Both the position numbers and the translations under genes were made by a program. A stretch of 64,000 nt of DNA from Armatimonadota bacterium (GTDB lineage: Bacteria; Armatimonadota; HRBIN16). The notes under the pieces are model-generated. The model made no database searches, was not told where the DNA came from, and saw only the letters and a list, made by a program, of their open reading frames with translations. The stretch covers positions 4,992,001 through 5,056,000 of the forward strand of contig OY781964.1 in the NCBI GenBank assembly GCA_963677485.1, written 5' to 3'. Shown here piece by piece: positions 27,327-37,833 of this stretch. The stretch's first letter is position 1; every line of letters starts with the position of its first letter.

Positions 27327-30300
27327 TCACCTAGGCGCCAAACCAAATTCCAGCTTAAGCTCCGTCACATCACGCAGGCTCTCTACCCATATCCACCAGG
27401 CATCTTTGGACTTCCACGTACCCGACTTATCCAGCCTTACCGTAGCACCACTAGGCTTCATTCCCGCATCAACTATTCGCTCTGCGGTCGATTGATCGAA
27501 CGGTCCCAGCCGGACAGCCAACGCCGGAATCGGCCGATCACTCCGCAGAGACAAAACACCTGGACGATTGAACTCATATCCCACCCGAGCCTTGGCCAGA
27601 CCACCACCATCGGGTACTAGCGTGAAGAAATTCTGTATCTGGATTCCCTTCAATGGCTCCGGCACCCTGGGCATGATCTTGACCAGCTTCGGGTCCGAAT
27701 CATCAACGCCTGCACATATTTCCAATGCATGCATGGCTGGTCCCTGGTTGGCCCCATTGGTTAAATCGCCGATTCGATACCATCGGCCATCCGGCATGAT
27801 GTTTGTTCCCTCAGGAATCAGCCACAGGTTTGGCCGCCAGTCGATCCCTCGTTTGGCGTCTACATAGTCCATGTTCTTGTCATATGAGTATTTCGCGATG
27901 TTCGCAAGCAGAGGTCCTGCGCTGTCCATATCGTCAAGCATCAAAGCGGATTCGGTGATCCATCCTTGACCATAACCCATACCCAACACGGGAGCATAAC
28001 CGTAAGGTTGGCTCAACTGCCGTTTCAATGTATTCCGTGTGACCAGTGTCATCTCAGCATCCAACTTATTGGGGTCCAGCCCGTCTAGAAACATAGAGAA
28101 CCACGCCTGTACCAGTGAATCCTGCAAACTTGAAAATATACTGTATGAACTGACTCGCCACATAGGGTTGTTTCGATCACCCGTCTTTAACAGCCGCAGC
28201 ATCCCCGCGCGGATTCTCTCCGCATAACCAAGATACTTTTTCGCGGAGGCGCTATCACCTGCGGCTTCGGCCATCTGTGCCGAACACCTTAGCGCAGTGT
28301 AGCAGGCAAAGTTAGGATACACCTCGTACATATCAGCGTTTGCGTAGTTCGCCCTGATCTTCACCATATCTGTCTCATTAATGACATTCTTCCGAGTGAG
28401 CGTTTCTCCTGCACCCCAGCCGGTGGATTCGCCCTCACTCCATATCACATCGCGGTCGGTGTAGTCCATAAACCAGCAGATGAAATCAGCACTGTCGCGG
28501 GTAGAATCCCATCGGCTCTTTCCATAGACGCCACCGCGAGGCTTCATCAACCAGTCGCCAGACGGAGATCCCATCAGACGCCAGGCAATCCAGCGGCCAA
28601 CGCTTACCGAACCGTGGCCGTCCATTTCCTCAGTGCCAGATATTTCATTAAGATTTAAGCTCATTGAGCCGTCAATGCCAATGCCAAACGACCAATGTGG
28701 GGGAGCATCCTTGGGGTATTTGTTCAAATCCAAGCCGGAGTTCCACGGTCCCTTATCGGGGTCGTGGTTTGGCCTGTAGAAGTAGAGACACTTATCGCAA
28801 AAGTCTACGAAATTCGCAGTCCTCACAGGATCGTTGATACCACGCATTACTAGACTTGCAAAACCCTCAGCGCTGCGTCCGTATGCGCTTCCATAGTAGA
28901 TGCCAAACGGTCCCCAGGTTCCTATTCCGCTATATCCACCGTACCAGGGCATTGACTTGCCTGTTTACAAGAATTCACCAGTATCACGGTTAAACTTCCC
29001 TTCCATCTGGATCATGTTCGCCACCCAGATGTTGGAGAGCATATCACCAGTGATGCCACCCTTGAATGTATTGCGACTAGCATCTAGATTCTGAGGGAAG
29101 TCAATCAACTCCACCTTCTTGGGAAGGTCCGCTTCACTGGTATATAACACCTTGGAGAGGGCCTTGATATCTGCTGACCAGTTACCCGGGTTGGCCGAGT
29201 TCACCATGGGCTTGGCGTCAGCCGCCTCTACCGTCAAAGATCCGAACGAACGCAGCTTATCGAAAGGCTGTGCGCACGCCAAGGTCACAGCAGACAACAG
29301 CGGTCTGCCCCGAAGTTCGGGATTATCGCGGACTATTATCGACGTGATGACGCCAGCCCGTGGCTTGACTGCCAGATAGTATTGGGTATGTCTGTCATCC
29401 TGAGCCAACCCATCTTCGCTGTTTTCCCGAATCCTAAACGCCTTTCTCATCACCGCCATATACTCCGGCCTTGAGGCGAATGGCTCCCTGATCGTTGTCG
29501 ATATGCCGTTGGAAGGCCAGCCCACCCATTGCGTGACAAACCAGGCTGTGACGCCAATCACAATGGGGATCCGGTCGCTTTTCCCATCGGCATAGCGTAT
29601 CTCAACCTCGCCTATGCGGGAGCCAATCTGCACTTGATCGTCGCGTTTCGTGCGCAGCTCCGGGTGTTCAGCCCAGTGTGCCACACCATTATCCCAGCCT
29701 TCGTTGATCATACCCAGAAGGTAGAGAGCAGATGCGGAAACACCCACCGGTATCTGCTCTTCTGTAGCCGTGATTTTACGAGTGGTTTTCCCGCGATTGT
29801 CTGGCAAAGCAGCAAAAAATGGAAGTGAACGGCTGTAGACATTTTCGGCATTTTCGTCGATCTTTAGTCCATACAGATCCGTTCGCAACACCGGTTGCTT
29901 GATAACGGTCATTTCCTGGCGATAGTCCGAGAAGGCTATCCAGGCAAATCCGCCCGATTGAGATCCATCACTGTTGTCAACGACCTCCAAGTAGACTTTA
30001 CGGCCGATGATATCCTGCGTATTCCACCTGACAGGTGTCAGTTTAATTCCACCGGGTATATGGGTGTGACGCAGCACGGCCCCATCTGGGTATGACTTTA
30101 ATAACACGAAGTTGCCATAACCGGTAATGGAGGAATCCGCATTCCCGACCGAACCGGCTACGGCGAACTTCTGTAGACGCGTCCTAATGGTGAAAGGAAC
30201 AGACCGAAGCACGCTCGTGTTATTCTCGCCCTTGTCCAGTGAGTTCACTATGCAACGTTTCTGGTCTCCGGCGTACGTATAAAGTGTTGGATTGATACCA

Positions 30301-30485
30301 ATGGACCAGGCATTACTGCCCTCAACCGTCCACCCCTCAAAAGTGCCCTTGGAGAAGGAGAGATTCGCCTCCTCCTGAGGCAATATCTGCGTTGGCAATA
30401 GCTTGGCGTCATCTAGAGCATGGGCACATTGCGCTAACACCATCAGCAAAATGGACAGGCCTACCAGTCGGTTATGCAGGTTCAT
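27327..30485 (-). pseudogene. Paralogue of 23991-27176 interrupted by one in-frame TAA (28965-28967)
   Basis: Reads GEFL*TGKSMPWYGGY versus GVFMETSKTSPWYGGY in the intact copy; both ORF halves share a frame. Confidence 0.8.
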
Positions 30486-30529
30486 TGTCTATCCTATTCC
30501 TTCACCAAGGTATTCACTAAATCCCGCTT

Positions 30530-31765
30530 CTACTTCCGGCTCATCGCTCTGGGCTGCGGCGCAGGCCACAGGAAAAGCTTTAGCGTGCTGCCCGCTTTGC
30601 CCGTATACTTGCTCACCATGCCGTTGGCGATATCCACCACACACAGCACAGGCTTCTCGGCACTCTGACCGGCGATCATCACATATCGGTAGCTGATCAT
30701 ATCGTAGTCGCCCAGCTTCATATTAGGAATGGTGGTCAGCATGTCGCGCGTACCAGTAAACCACAGGTTCGCCACCTCCACTGTGGGCACGCCGTTGTTG
30801 TCGGCTTGCTGCACGTCCAGGTTCTGGCTCTTGTTCAGCACCGTGCTCACGAACCCAGGGAAGTCATCCACATCCATAGACTTCCACACTGCGGGTGTTT
30901 GCGACGGATCCACGCTGTAGCCACGCCGCATCTCGCCAGCCCACACCAGAATGTTCAGGCTCTTGTCCTTAAATGCGATACGGTCAGGCTTCACGCCAGC
31001 CGGTAGATCGATCTTGACAACATCACTCTTTTTGCCGATCGCCCCCACAGCAACCTGCCATCCCATGCCGACCATTGGCCGTATGAACGCCGCCCATCGA
31101 CCAGCCTTGGGCTCAACCGCGGCCCCACCGAAAGCGAAAGCTCCCGTCAGCGGTTTGACCACCGATGGCTTCTTCATATCGAAATAGGCCAGATCAAACC
31201 CAGACCGCGAGGTGCGCATGGTGAAGGCCACGAGGCCGTCATTCTGCGGAAACACCTGCGACACATCGCTGTTAAGCTTCACTCGGTTGCCGCCAAACAG
31301 CGAGACCTGGTAGAGGTCACCGTTCATGTTCGCATCCGACATACGCGGCTCCACGCACAGCACAGACAGGCTCCAGAGGTTCACCGCACCGATAAACCTA
31401 ACCGCCGTCGCGCCGGTATGGTAAAGATACTGCTCGCGTTTCGCTTCAAGCACTACCTTATATCCGGGTGTGATCACCTGCGCATACATCATGCCGGGCT
31501 GGGCCATCCCCAGCGATGTATCGGGCCACTGGACGGCCTCCGCCTTCTTCAACGTGATGTCACCTACGCTCATGCTCAAGCGTTTCGCAAGATCCTGTCG
31601 GCAGGACAGCACGGTCGCCTGTTCCCCTGAGCTCTTCTTAGGGGCTGAGTATGATAGCTGACTCATGAATAGCACTGCCATCGTCAACATCAAAATGATA
31701 TATCTAGCCTTGGTAATACCCAGATGACGATTAGTTCGTAAAACCACTGCATTTGGTTGCTTCAT
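30530..31765 (-). CDS. Secreted hypothetical protein
   Basis: Signal peptide; N-domain WPDTSLG...YAQVITPGY; beta-rich C-part. Confidence 0.75.
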   Translation of the reverse strand: MKQPNAVVLRTNRHLGITKARYIILMLTMAVLFMSQLSYSAPKKSSGEQATVLSCRQDLAKRLSMSVGDITLKKAEAVQWPDTSLGMAQPGMMYAQVITPGYKVVLEAKREQYLYHTGATAVRFIGAVNLWSLSVLCVEPRMSDANMNGDLYQVSLFGGNRVKLNSDVSQVFPQNDGLVAFTMRTSRSGFDLAYFDMKKPSVVKPLTGAFAFGGAAVEPKAGRWAAFIRPMVGMGWQVAVGAIGKKSDVVKIDLPAGVKPDRIAFKDKSLNILVWAGEMRRGYSVDPSQTPAVWKSMDVDDFPGFVSTVLNKSQNLDVQQADNNGVPTVEVANLWFTGTRDMLTTIPNMKLGDYDMISYRYVMIAGQSAEKPVLCVVDIANGMVSKYTGKAGSTLKLFLWPAPQPRAMSRK

Positions 31766-31910
31766 AGACTTCTCTCCCTGGATTGATATTTGCATCACAA
31801 CGTGCAATGCCTTCTCCTGCTCATTAAGAGCATCATATTACACATTATAGACTTGATGAACCGGCGAGAGGATATCAATGCCAGGCACAATATCCTCTCG
31901 CCGTTTCGGA

Positions 31911-34184
31911 TTACTTCACATCAGCCACGAAACTGACGACTCCTTTGGGGTTCGTCCACTTCAGCCCGCTGCCGTCCTGAAGCACCACTGCTTTGGAATC
32001 GGCATTTACGGACTTCAGAACCAGCCCTTGAGGCAGCCTGACATGCAGAACACACCATGGCAGCGATTCTCTCTCAGGAAAGCTGATCATACCGGTGATC
32101 TGCTTTGTCGCTTGGTTATATTTCATACCGTAGGTGACATCGCCATAATGGGTAGGAGCGTTCTTTACTCCCACCTCATTGCCATCATTGAGCCACTGCC
32201 TGGCGGTACCAAGTGCCAAATGCAGCCCACCGTCGTTCTCCATCACCATACAATCCCTGACAGCTCGTACCACTGCGGCTGGTGTCCACAGATGCTGGCG
32301 GTCACCGGAGGTTTTGTCCGTCCCCGGTTCCTGACCACGCTCTTCGCACCAAGTATACAACGGCGTGCCGTGGTTCAGCGTCGCATAGAGTAACCGGGCG
32401 GCCTCGTCCCCATTACCACGCATCAGCTCTGCTTCCGCCACGTTGTCTAGTGACATCGCCACCCACATCCCGTCTGCCATCCAACCGGTATGAAGCTGTA
32501 ACCCGCCCATACTTAAGTGCTGGTTCATATATCTCAGCGTGCCGGTGATCAACTCGTCATCCGCCAGTAATACCTCGCATGGGAAGGCCGTGTTGAGTGC
32601 GCCCCAGCGGCTGCCGGAAGGATTTGCTGGTGAACCAGGGATCCACTTGTAACCATCTTCCTGTATAGCACCACGCCTCAGCACCGTCACGATATCTGTA
32701 TGTGCCTGATCGTAGATCGCCTGACATTCTTTGATGTCATTGGCCTTCCCCAGAATCCGGGATGCCTCCAGAGTCAGCTTGTCGCAGTATACAGCCCATA
32801 CGTTGTGAGGAATGAAATAGCCATACCAGCCATCTCCGGCATCGAGTCCGCAGTCACCCTGACCACGCGGCATCATGCCGAAATACAACGGCTTCACTCC
32901 GTCTACCAGTACCCTGGTCCGCTGACGCTGCTTTTCTTGCCAGCGAGAGCAGGCCAGCATCTTGGGATACACCTTCTCAAGGTAACCACGGTCACCCGTC
33001 AGCTTGAAGTGCTCCATCGCAGCCCATGCCTTGAAACCGGCCATACCCCAGGCACTGTGTGACCATCCCGTCGGATCATCCCAGTCGCCATTCTTGCCCT
33101 GGATATCCAGCGATACCTGGTATCCGAGCGCGGATTCCTTATGTAGACCTGCTTGATCGAGCCCGACAGCCGCCATACTGGCTTCCCCGGAGTTCGGGCA
33201 CCTGTAGCCCTCAGTTCCTGGTGAACAGGCGATGTAACCCTTAGCTACCGGCTCGCGCATGATGAAGATATCACCAAGACTGGCGTAGTACGCATTACGT
33301 ACGCCAACATCCGGAATTTGGTATTGCACGGAGCGGTCCATCAGCTTGCGCCAGACCTGCTTTCCTTGCTCAAACTCCTTAGCCCAATCGTACGCCCGCA
33401 ACTTCGGCACATCTTCCTCGTATGCTTTGTAGGGTCGCACGAGCCATCCAGAGCCAATCTCACCTGGCTTCAGCTCCCATTCAAGCGCTATGGTCTTGGC
33501 AGCGGTATCTTTACGCAACGGGGTGTGGGCACCAGCAGCATACACGAGCACGCGGTCAGCCCGATCGAGCCATCCCGCACGCATGAAGTCTTGAGGATCA
33601 CCGGCGTTGATGTAGCCCGGCACCTCACCAAACGCCCCATTCATGGAAAAGACTACAGTATACCGATGAGGTGTGTTTGAACTGTTAGTCACTTTGACGC
33701 AGGTAATGGCCGCAGTCTTGCCGCCGACCACCTCCATGTCGAACGAACCATCCTGGTCACCATAGTTTGTGGCTAAGACCGGCAGGATCCCTTCCGCTCG
33801 CTGGTATCCGGGCTTACCCAGCCGTCGTCCATCAATCTCCGGCCATACATTCGCTGACCAGTTACAGTTCAATGGGGAAAACGCACCCAGAGGAATGCTC
33901 TTCAGATTGCCGTAGGTCCAGCGGAACTCCATTCTATCGGCAAACACATCGACCAGCGTCTTATCACTGCTGTCCGGAAGTGCCATCGTCATGCGATGTG
34001 GCAACCCAAATGAATAGGCGAAATCAACTTTCATATCTGTCATACCGGGCTTGGCTCCTTCTTGAATCTCCGCACATTGTGCTAAGAGTGACAGTCCCAC
34101 ACACGCTGCTGCCATGACAGGTTTGAGGAGATGGCTGCGTAACTTCGAATTGTCCGATGATCGAATATCCAGCGTCTCCATCAT
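31911..34184 (-). CDS. Putative six-hairpin glycoside hydrolase, secreted
   Basis: Signal-like N-terminus; helical catalytic region with WCEERG; NAPTHYGDV tail; paralogue of next gene. Confidence 0.65.
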   Translation of the reverse strand: MMETLDIRSSDNSKLRSHLLKPVMAAACVGLSLLAQCAEIQEGAKPGMTDMKVDFAYSFGLPHRMTMALPDSSDKTLVDVFADRMEFRWTYGNLKSIPLGAFSPLNCNWSANVWPEIDGRRLGKPGYQRAEGILPVLATNYGDQDGSFDMEVVGGKTAAITCVKVTNSSNTPHRYTVVFSMNGAFGEVPGYINAGDPQDFMRAGWLDRADRVLVYAAGAHTPLRKDTAAKTIALEWELKPGEIGSGWLVRPYKAYEEDVPKLRAYDWAKEFEQGKQVWRKLMDRSVQYQIPDVGVRNAYYASLGDIFIMREPVAKGYIACSPGTEGYRCPNSGEASMAAVGLDQAGLHKESALGYQVSLDIQGKNGDWDDPTGWSHSAWGMAGFKAWAAMEHFKLTGDRGYLEKVYPKMLACSRWQEKQRQRTRVLVDGVKPLYFGMMPRGQGDCGLDAGDGWYGYFIPHNVWAVYCDKLTLEASRILGKANDIKECQAIYDQAHTDIVTVLRRGAIQEDGYKWIPGSPANPSGSRWGALNTAFPCEVLLADDELITGTLRYMNQHLSMGGLQLHTGWMADGMWVAMSLDNVAEAELMRGNGDEAARLLYATLNHGTPLYTWCEERGQEPGTDKTSGDRQHLWTPAAVVRAVRDCMVMENDGGLHLALGTARQWLNDGNEVGVKNAPTHYGDVTYGMKYNQATKQITGMISFPERESLPWCVLHVRLPQGLVLKSVNADSKAVVLQDGSGLKWTNPKGVVSFVADVK

Positions 34185-36349
34185 AAAGCTCCCGCTTCCA
34201 TTGACTTAGGTTGACGTGGTGAGACACCCATTAGAATATCGATTTCCCCTAGTGGGTTCTGCCACTCAAGCGCAGACCCATCGGCATGAATAATGGCTCC
34301 AGATTCGGCGTTCACGGTGGTGATACACAGCCCTTCCGGTAGTCGGACATGCAGCACACAGCAAGGCACGGTCTGCCTGGATGGGAACTGGATATGCGCA
34401 GCCACCTGTGCTGTAGCCACATCATATTTCAGACTGTAGCTCACGCAGCCCCAATGCGTCGGCGCATTTTCTATCCCGAGCTCGCATCCGCTGCCCAGCC
34501 ACTGCCTGCCTGTACCGAGGGCCAAATGCAGCCCTCCATCTTTTTCCATCACCATACAGTCGCGGACCGCTCGCACCACAGCGGCGGGAGTCCACAGATG
34601 TTGAATGTCGCCCGAGATCTGCGCTGTACCGGGCTCTTGACCGCGCTCTTCGCACCATGAGTATAGCGGCGTGCCATGATTTAGCGTGGCATATAACAAC
34701 CGAACCGCTTCATCACCATTACCGCGCATCAGCTCCACTTCCGCCACGTTGTCAAGTGACATTGCCACCCACATACCATCGACCATCCAACCGGTATGAA
34801 TCTGAAGTCCGCCTGGGCTGAGCTGCTTGTTCATATACTTCAATGTGCCCGTGATGAGCTCATGATCAGCAGGAAGCACTTCACAAGGGAACGCCGTGTT
34901 GAGAGCACCCCAGCGGCTTCCTACCGGGTTCGATGGCGACCCAGGTATCCACCGATACCCATCTTCCTGAATGGCCCCTCGCTCCATGACGGCAACCAGT
35001 TCGGTGTGGGCTTGGTTGTATATCGCCTCGCACTCTTTCACGTCGTCTGCACGGCCGAGAATAACGGCGGCTTCCAGCGTGATTTTGTCGCAATAGACCG
35101 CCCACACGTTATGCGGGATGAAATAGCCATACAAGCCGTCTCCTGCATCAAGGCCGCAGTCCCCTTGTCCACGCGGCATCATGCCATAATGCAGTGGTTT
35201 CTCGCCGTCGACCAGCACCCTTGTGCGTTGACGCTGGCTCTCCTGCCAGTGGGAGCAGGCCAGCATCCGCGGATAAACCGCCTCCAGATACGCTGTGTCA
35301 CCGGTCAGCTTGTAGTGTTCCATCGCAGCCCATGCCTTGAATCCGGCCATCCCCCAGGCACTATGCGACCAGCCAGCGGGGTCATTCCAGTCCCCGTTCT
35401 CGCCTTGCATGTCGATTGATATTTGGTATCCGATGGCCGATTCGTGGTGCAATCCGGCTTGATCCAGCCCCACGGCAGCCATACTGGCTTCACCAGAGTT
35501 TGGACATCGGTAGCACTCCGTGCCCGGCGAACAGGCTATGTAGCCATCAGCCACCGGCTCACGCATGATGAAAATGTCCGCTAATCCGGCGTAATAAGCG
35601 TTCCGCACACCCGTGTCAGGAATGGTGTATTTGACCGCCTTGCTTATCAGCTCACGCCAGGCCTGTTTCCCCTGCTCAAACTCGGGTGACCAGTCCTTGG
35701 CCCGCAGGCTCTGAGTGTCGCTCACACACGCCCGGTAAGGTCGGACCAGCCAGCCGGAGGCGGTCTCACCCGGAGCCAGGTTCCATTCGACCGCGAATGT
35801 CTTCGCGGGTGTGTCACGCCTTCGCGGATTGGCACCGCCTTCCGCCATCATCAAAACACGATCGGCACGCTCGTTCCAGCCTGCCAGCGCGTAATCCAAA
35901 TCATCGCCATCGTTGATGTATCCAGGCACTTCACCAAAGGGGCCGTTGATGGAACAAACCACCGTGTATCGGTGATCTTGGTCTGATGAGTTAGCGACTG
36001 TGATGCGCGTGAGAGCAGCACTCTCACCGCCCACGGCCTCCATGTCAATCCGACCGTCGGATCCACCGTAATGGACGGACAGAACCGGAAGATAGCCTTC
36101 TGAACGCTGATAACTCGGTGCCTTGATCTTCTCGCCGTCCACCTCAACCCACACCTTGGCCGACCAGTTGCAGTTGAGGGGCATGAAGGCACCCAGCGGG
36201 GTGCTCTTCAGATCGCTATATGTCCATCGGAATTCCAGCCGGTCGTCGAACACGTCGATCAGCGTCTTGTCGCTGCTGTCAGGAAGGGCCACTGTCATAC
36301 GATGCGGTAACCCGAAAGCATACGAAAAATCTACTACCATATCATTCAT
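34181..36349 (-). CDS. Putative six-hairpin glycoside hydrolase, no signal peptide
   Basis: Collinear paralogue of 31911-34184. Confidence 0.65.
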   Translation of the reverse strand: MNDMVVDFSYAFGLPHRMTVALPDSSDKTLIDVFDDRLEFRWTYSDLKSTPLGAFMPLNCNWSAKVWVEVDGEKIKAPSYQRSEGYLPVLSVHYGGSDGRIDMEAVGGESAALTRITVANSSDQDHRYTVVCSINGPFGEVPGYINDGDDLDYALAGWNERADRVLMMAEGGANPRRRDTPAKTFAVEWNLAPGETASGWLVRPYRACVSDTQSLRAKDWSPEFEQGKQAWRELISKAVKYTIPDTGVRNAYYAGLADIFIMREPVADGYIACSPGTECYRCPNSGEASMAAVGLDQAGLHHESAIGYQISIDMQGENGDWNDPAGWSHSAWGMAGFKAWAAMEHYKLTGDTAYLEAVYPRMLACSHWQESQRQRTRVLVDGEKPLHYGMMPRGQGDCGLDAGDGLYGYFIPHNVWAVYCDKITLEAAVILGRADDVKECEAIYNQAHTELVAVMERGAIQEDGYRWIPGSPSNPVGSRWGALNTAFPCEVLPADHELITGTLKYMNKQLSPGGLQIHTGWMVDGMWVAMSLDNVAEVELMRGNGDEAVRLLYATLNHGTPLYSWCEERGQEPGTAQISGDIQHLWTPAAVVRAVRDCMVMEKDGGLHLALGTGRQWLGSGCELGIENAPTHWGCVSYSLKYDVATAQVAAHIQFPSRQTVPCCVLHVRLPEGLCITTVNAESGAIIHADGSALEWQNPLGEIDILMGVSPRQPKSMEAGAL

Positions 36350-36604
36350 TATCGTGAGACTCCTTCACATCTGCGCACGGGCATTGCCTATATGCGCATT
36401 TACACTGCAATAGATTTCCCGCTCGATCTGCCAATTCCTGCATTTCTATCGATGCGGAACAAATCATACAGCAGCGGGTGATTCTGTCTCGGCTCAGCTC
36501 GCTTTTCCACAAGTCGAAACCCTGGCACTAAGTTGACATCAACTGTATAGTCATGAATACTGCAATCCATAGATGAGACATACAAACAAAACAGGCGGTG
36601 TTAC

Positions 36605-37678
36605 GTGAATAGAATGATGACAGGAATTCTTCTTCTCGCACTCGCCCTCATATCATGCCTTGGTTGTTCTGCAGATACTCTGAAGGGTGAGGAAAACAGC
36701 TCCAAAGTGTGGATGATCCCGCCGCCCTGGTCGGAGGGTGCTTGCCTGAAGGAGCTGGTGAAATACGAGGGCCAATGGAAGCAGACCCGCGCACGGGTTG
36801 ACGGCATCGGATACTACCTGTGGCTTCTGAACCACCAGTTTTCGGACGTGGAACTCAATGCACTTTTCCACAAGGTGAATGATTGGGGGCTGGAGTTCTC
36901 ACTTGAAGTGCCAGTGTTGAAAGGGGCGGACTGGGGTTTCAAGGATCCATTGGACGCCGACACAGCATTCGCCAAATACCAGCAACTCACCAAGCGGTTT
37001 GAAGCCGATGGCATGAAGTCTGTCGATGTCGTCAGCTTTGATGAGCCGGTATTCGCCTCTGCTCATCCGATCCCCGCACAGCTCGCGCAGGGTCTGCTGC
37101 CAAAGGATACAGGACTGCCCAGCCAGGCTCTGACCGTCAAGGAGAGGATGACCTACGGTATAGCTCAGACCGCGGCTTTCATCGGGATGATGCGGAAGAG
37201 TTATCCGAAAACCATGCTGGGTGACATTGAGCCCTACCCCACCCTCAGCTACGATGAGATCACATACGCCATCGATGGAATTCAGAAAGCCTGCCTCGAT
37301 AAGGGTATCAAGGGGTTGGAGTTCTTTCGGCTCGATTTCGACTGGGCCAGTATGTCCACGAGCAACCGTGGCTCCTGGAGCGAGGTGAAGAAGATTGAGG
37401 AGTTCTGCCATTCCAAGGGCATCAGGTTTGGCATGATCTACTGGGCACCCGACCACGAGTTTCTGATGCTCAAAGGCATTAACAACCCGATGGCATGGTA
37501 TGTTGGCATGATGCACCAAGGCGGTGCCTACGCGCTGGTCAATGGCAAGCCTGATGAGTATGTGCTGCAAAGCTGGATGCACATACCCGTCCACGCCGTG
37601 CCAGAGAGCGACATCACCACCTTCTCCCGTTCCGTGCTGGATTTCTGCAAGAGCTTTGTGGATAAGAAGAGCAAGTAA
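36605..37678 (+). CDS. Secreted or lipoprotein hypothetical protein
   Basis: Hydrophobic leader ending LISCLGC; 357 aa. Confidence 0.7.
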   Translation: MNRMMTGILLLALALISCLGCSADTLKGEENSSKVWMIPPPWSEGACLKELVKYEGQWKQTRARVDGIGYYLWLLNHQFSDVELNALFHKVNDWGLEFSLEVPVLKGADWGFKDPLDADTAFAKYQQLTKRFEADGMKSVDVVSFDEPVFASAHPIPAQLAQGLLPKDTGLPSQALTVKERMTYGIAQTAAFIGMMRKSYPKTMLGDIEPYPTLSYDEITYAIDGIQKACLDKGIKGLEFFRLDFDWASMSTSNRGSWSEVKKIEEFCHSKGIRFGMIYWAPDHEFLMLKGINNPMAWYVGMMHQGGAYALVNGKPDEYVLQSWMHIPVHAVPESDITTFSRSVLDFCKSFVDKKSK

Positions 37679-37691
37679 TGAGATTTGTCAG

Positions 37692-37819
37692 AACCACGGA
37701 TCACACGGATGACACGGATTGACAGGATGGAGAGGCGAAACCACCTTTGCGTTTCTTGCCCCTTTGCGTCTTTGCGTTGGATTCCGTTCCCCTTCGCGCC
37801 TTCGCGTCTTCGCGTGAGA
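37692..37819. repeat. Short intergenic tandem units (ACACGGAT; TTCGCGYC / TTTGCGTC)
   Basis: Seen directly between convergent genes. Confidence 0.6.
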
Positions 37820-37833
37820 CAATCCCCTACCGC

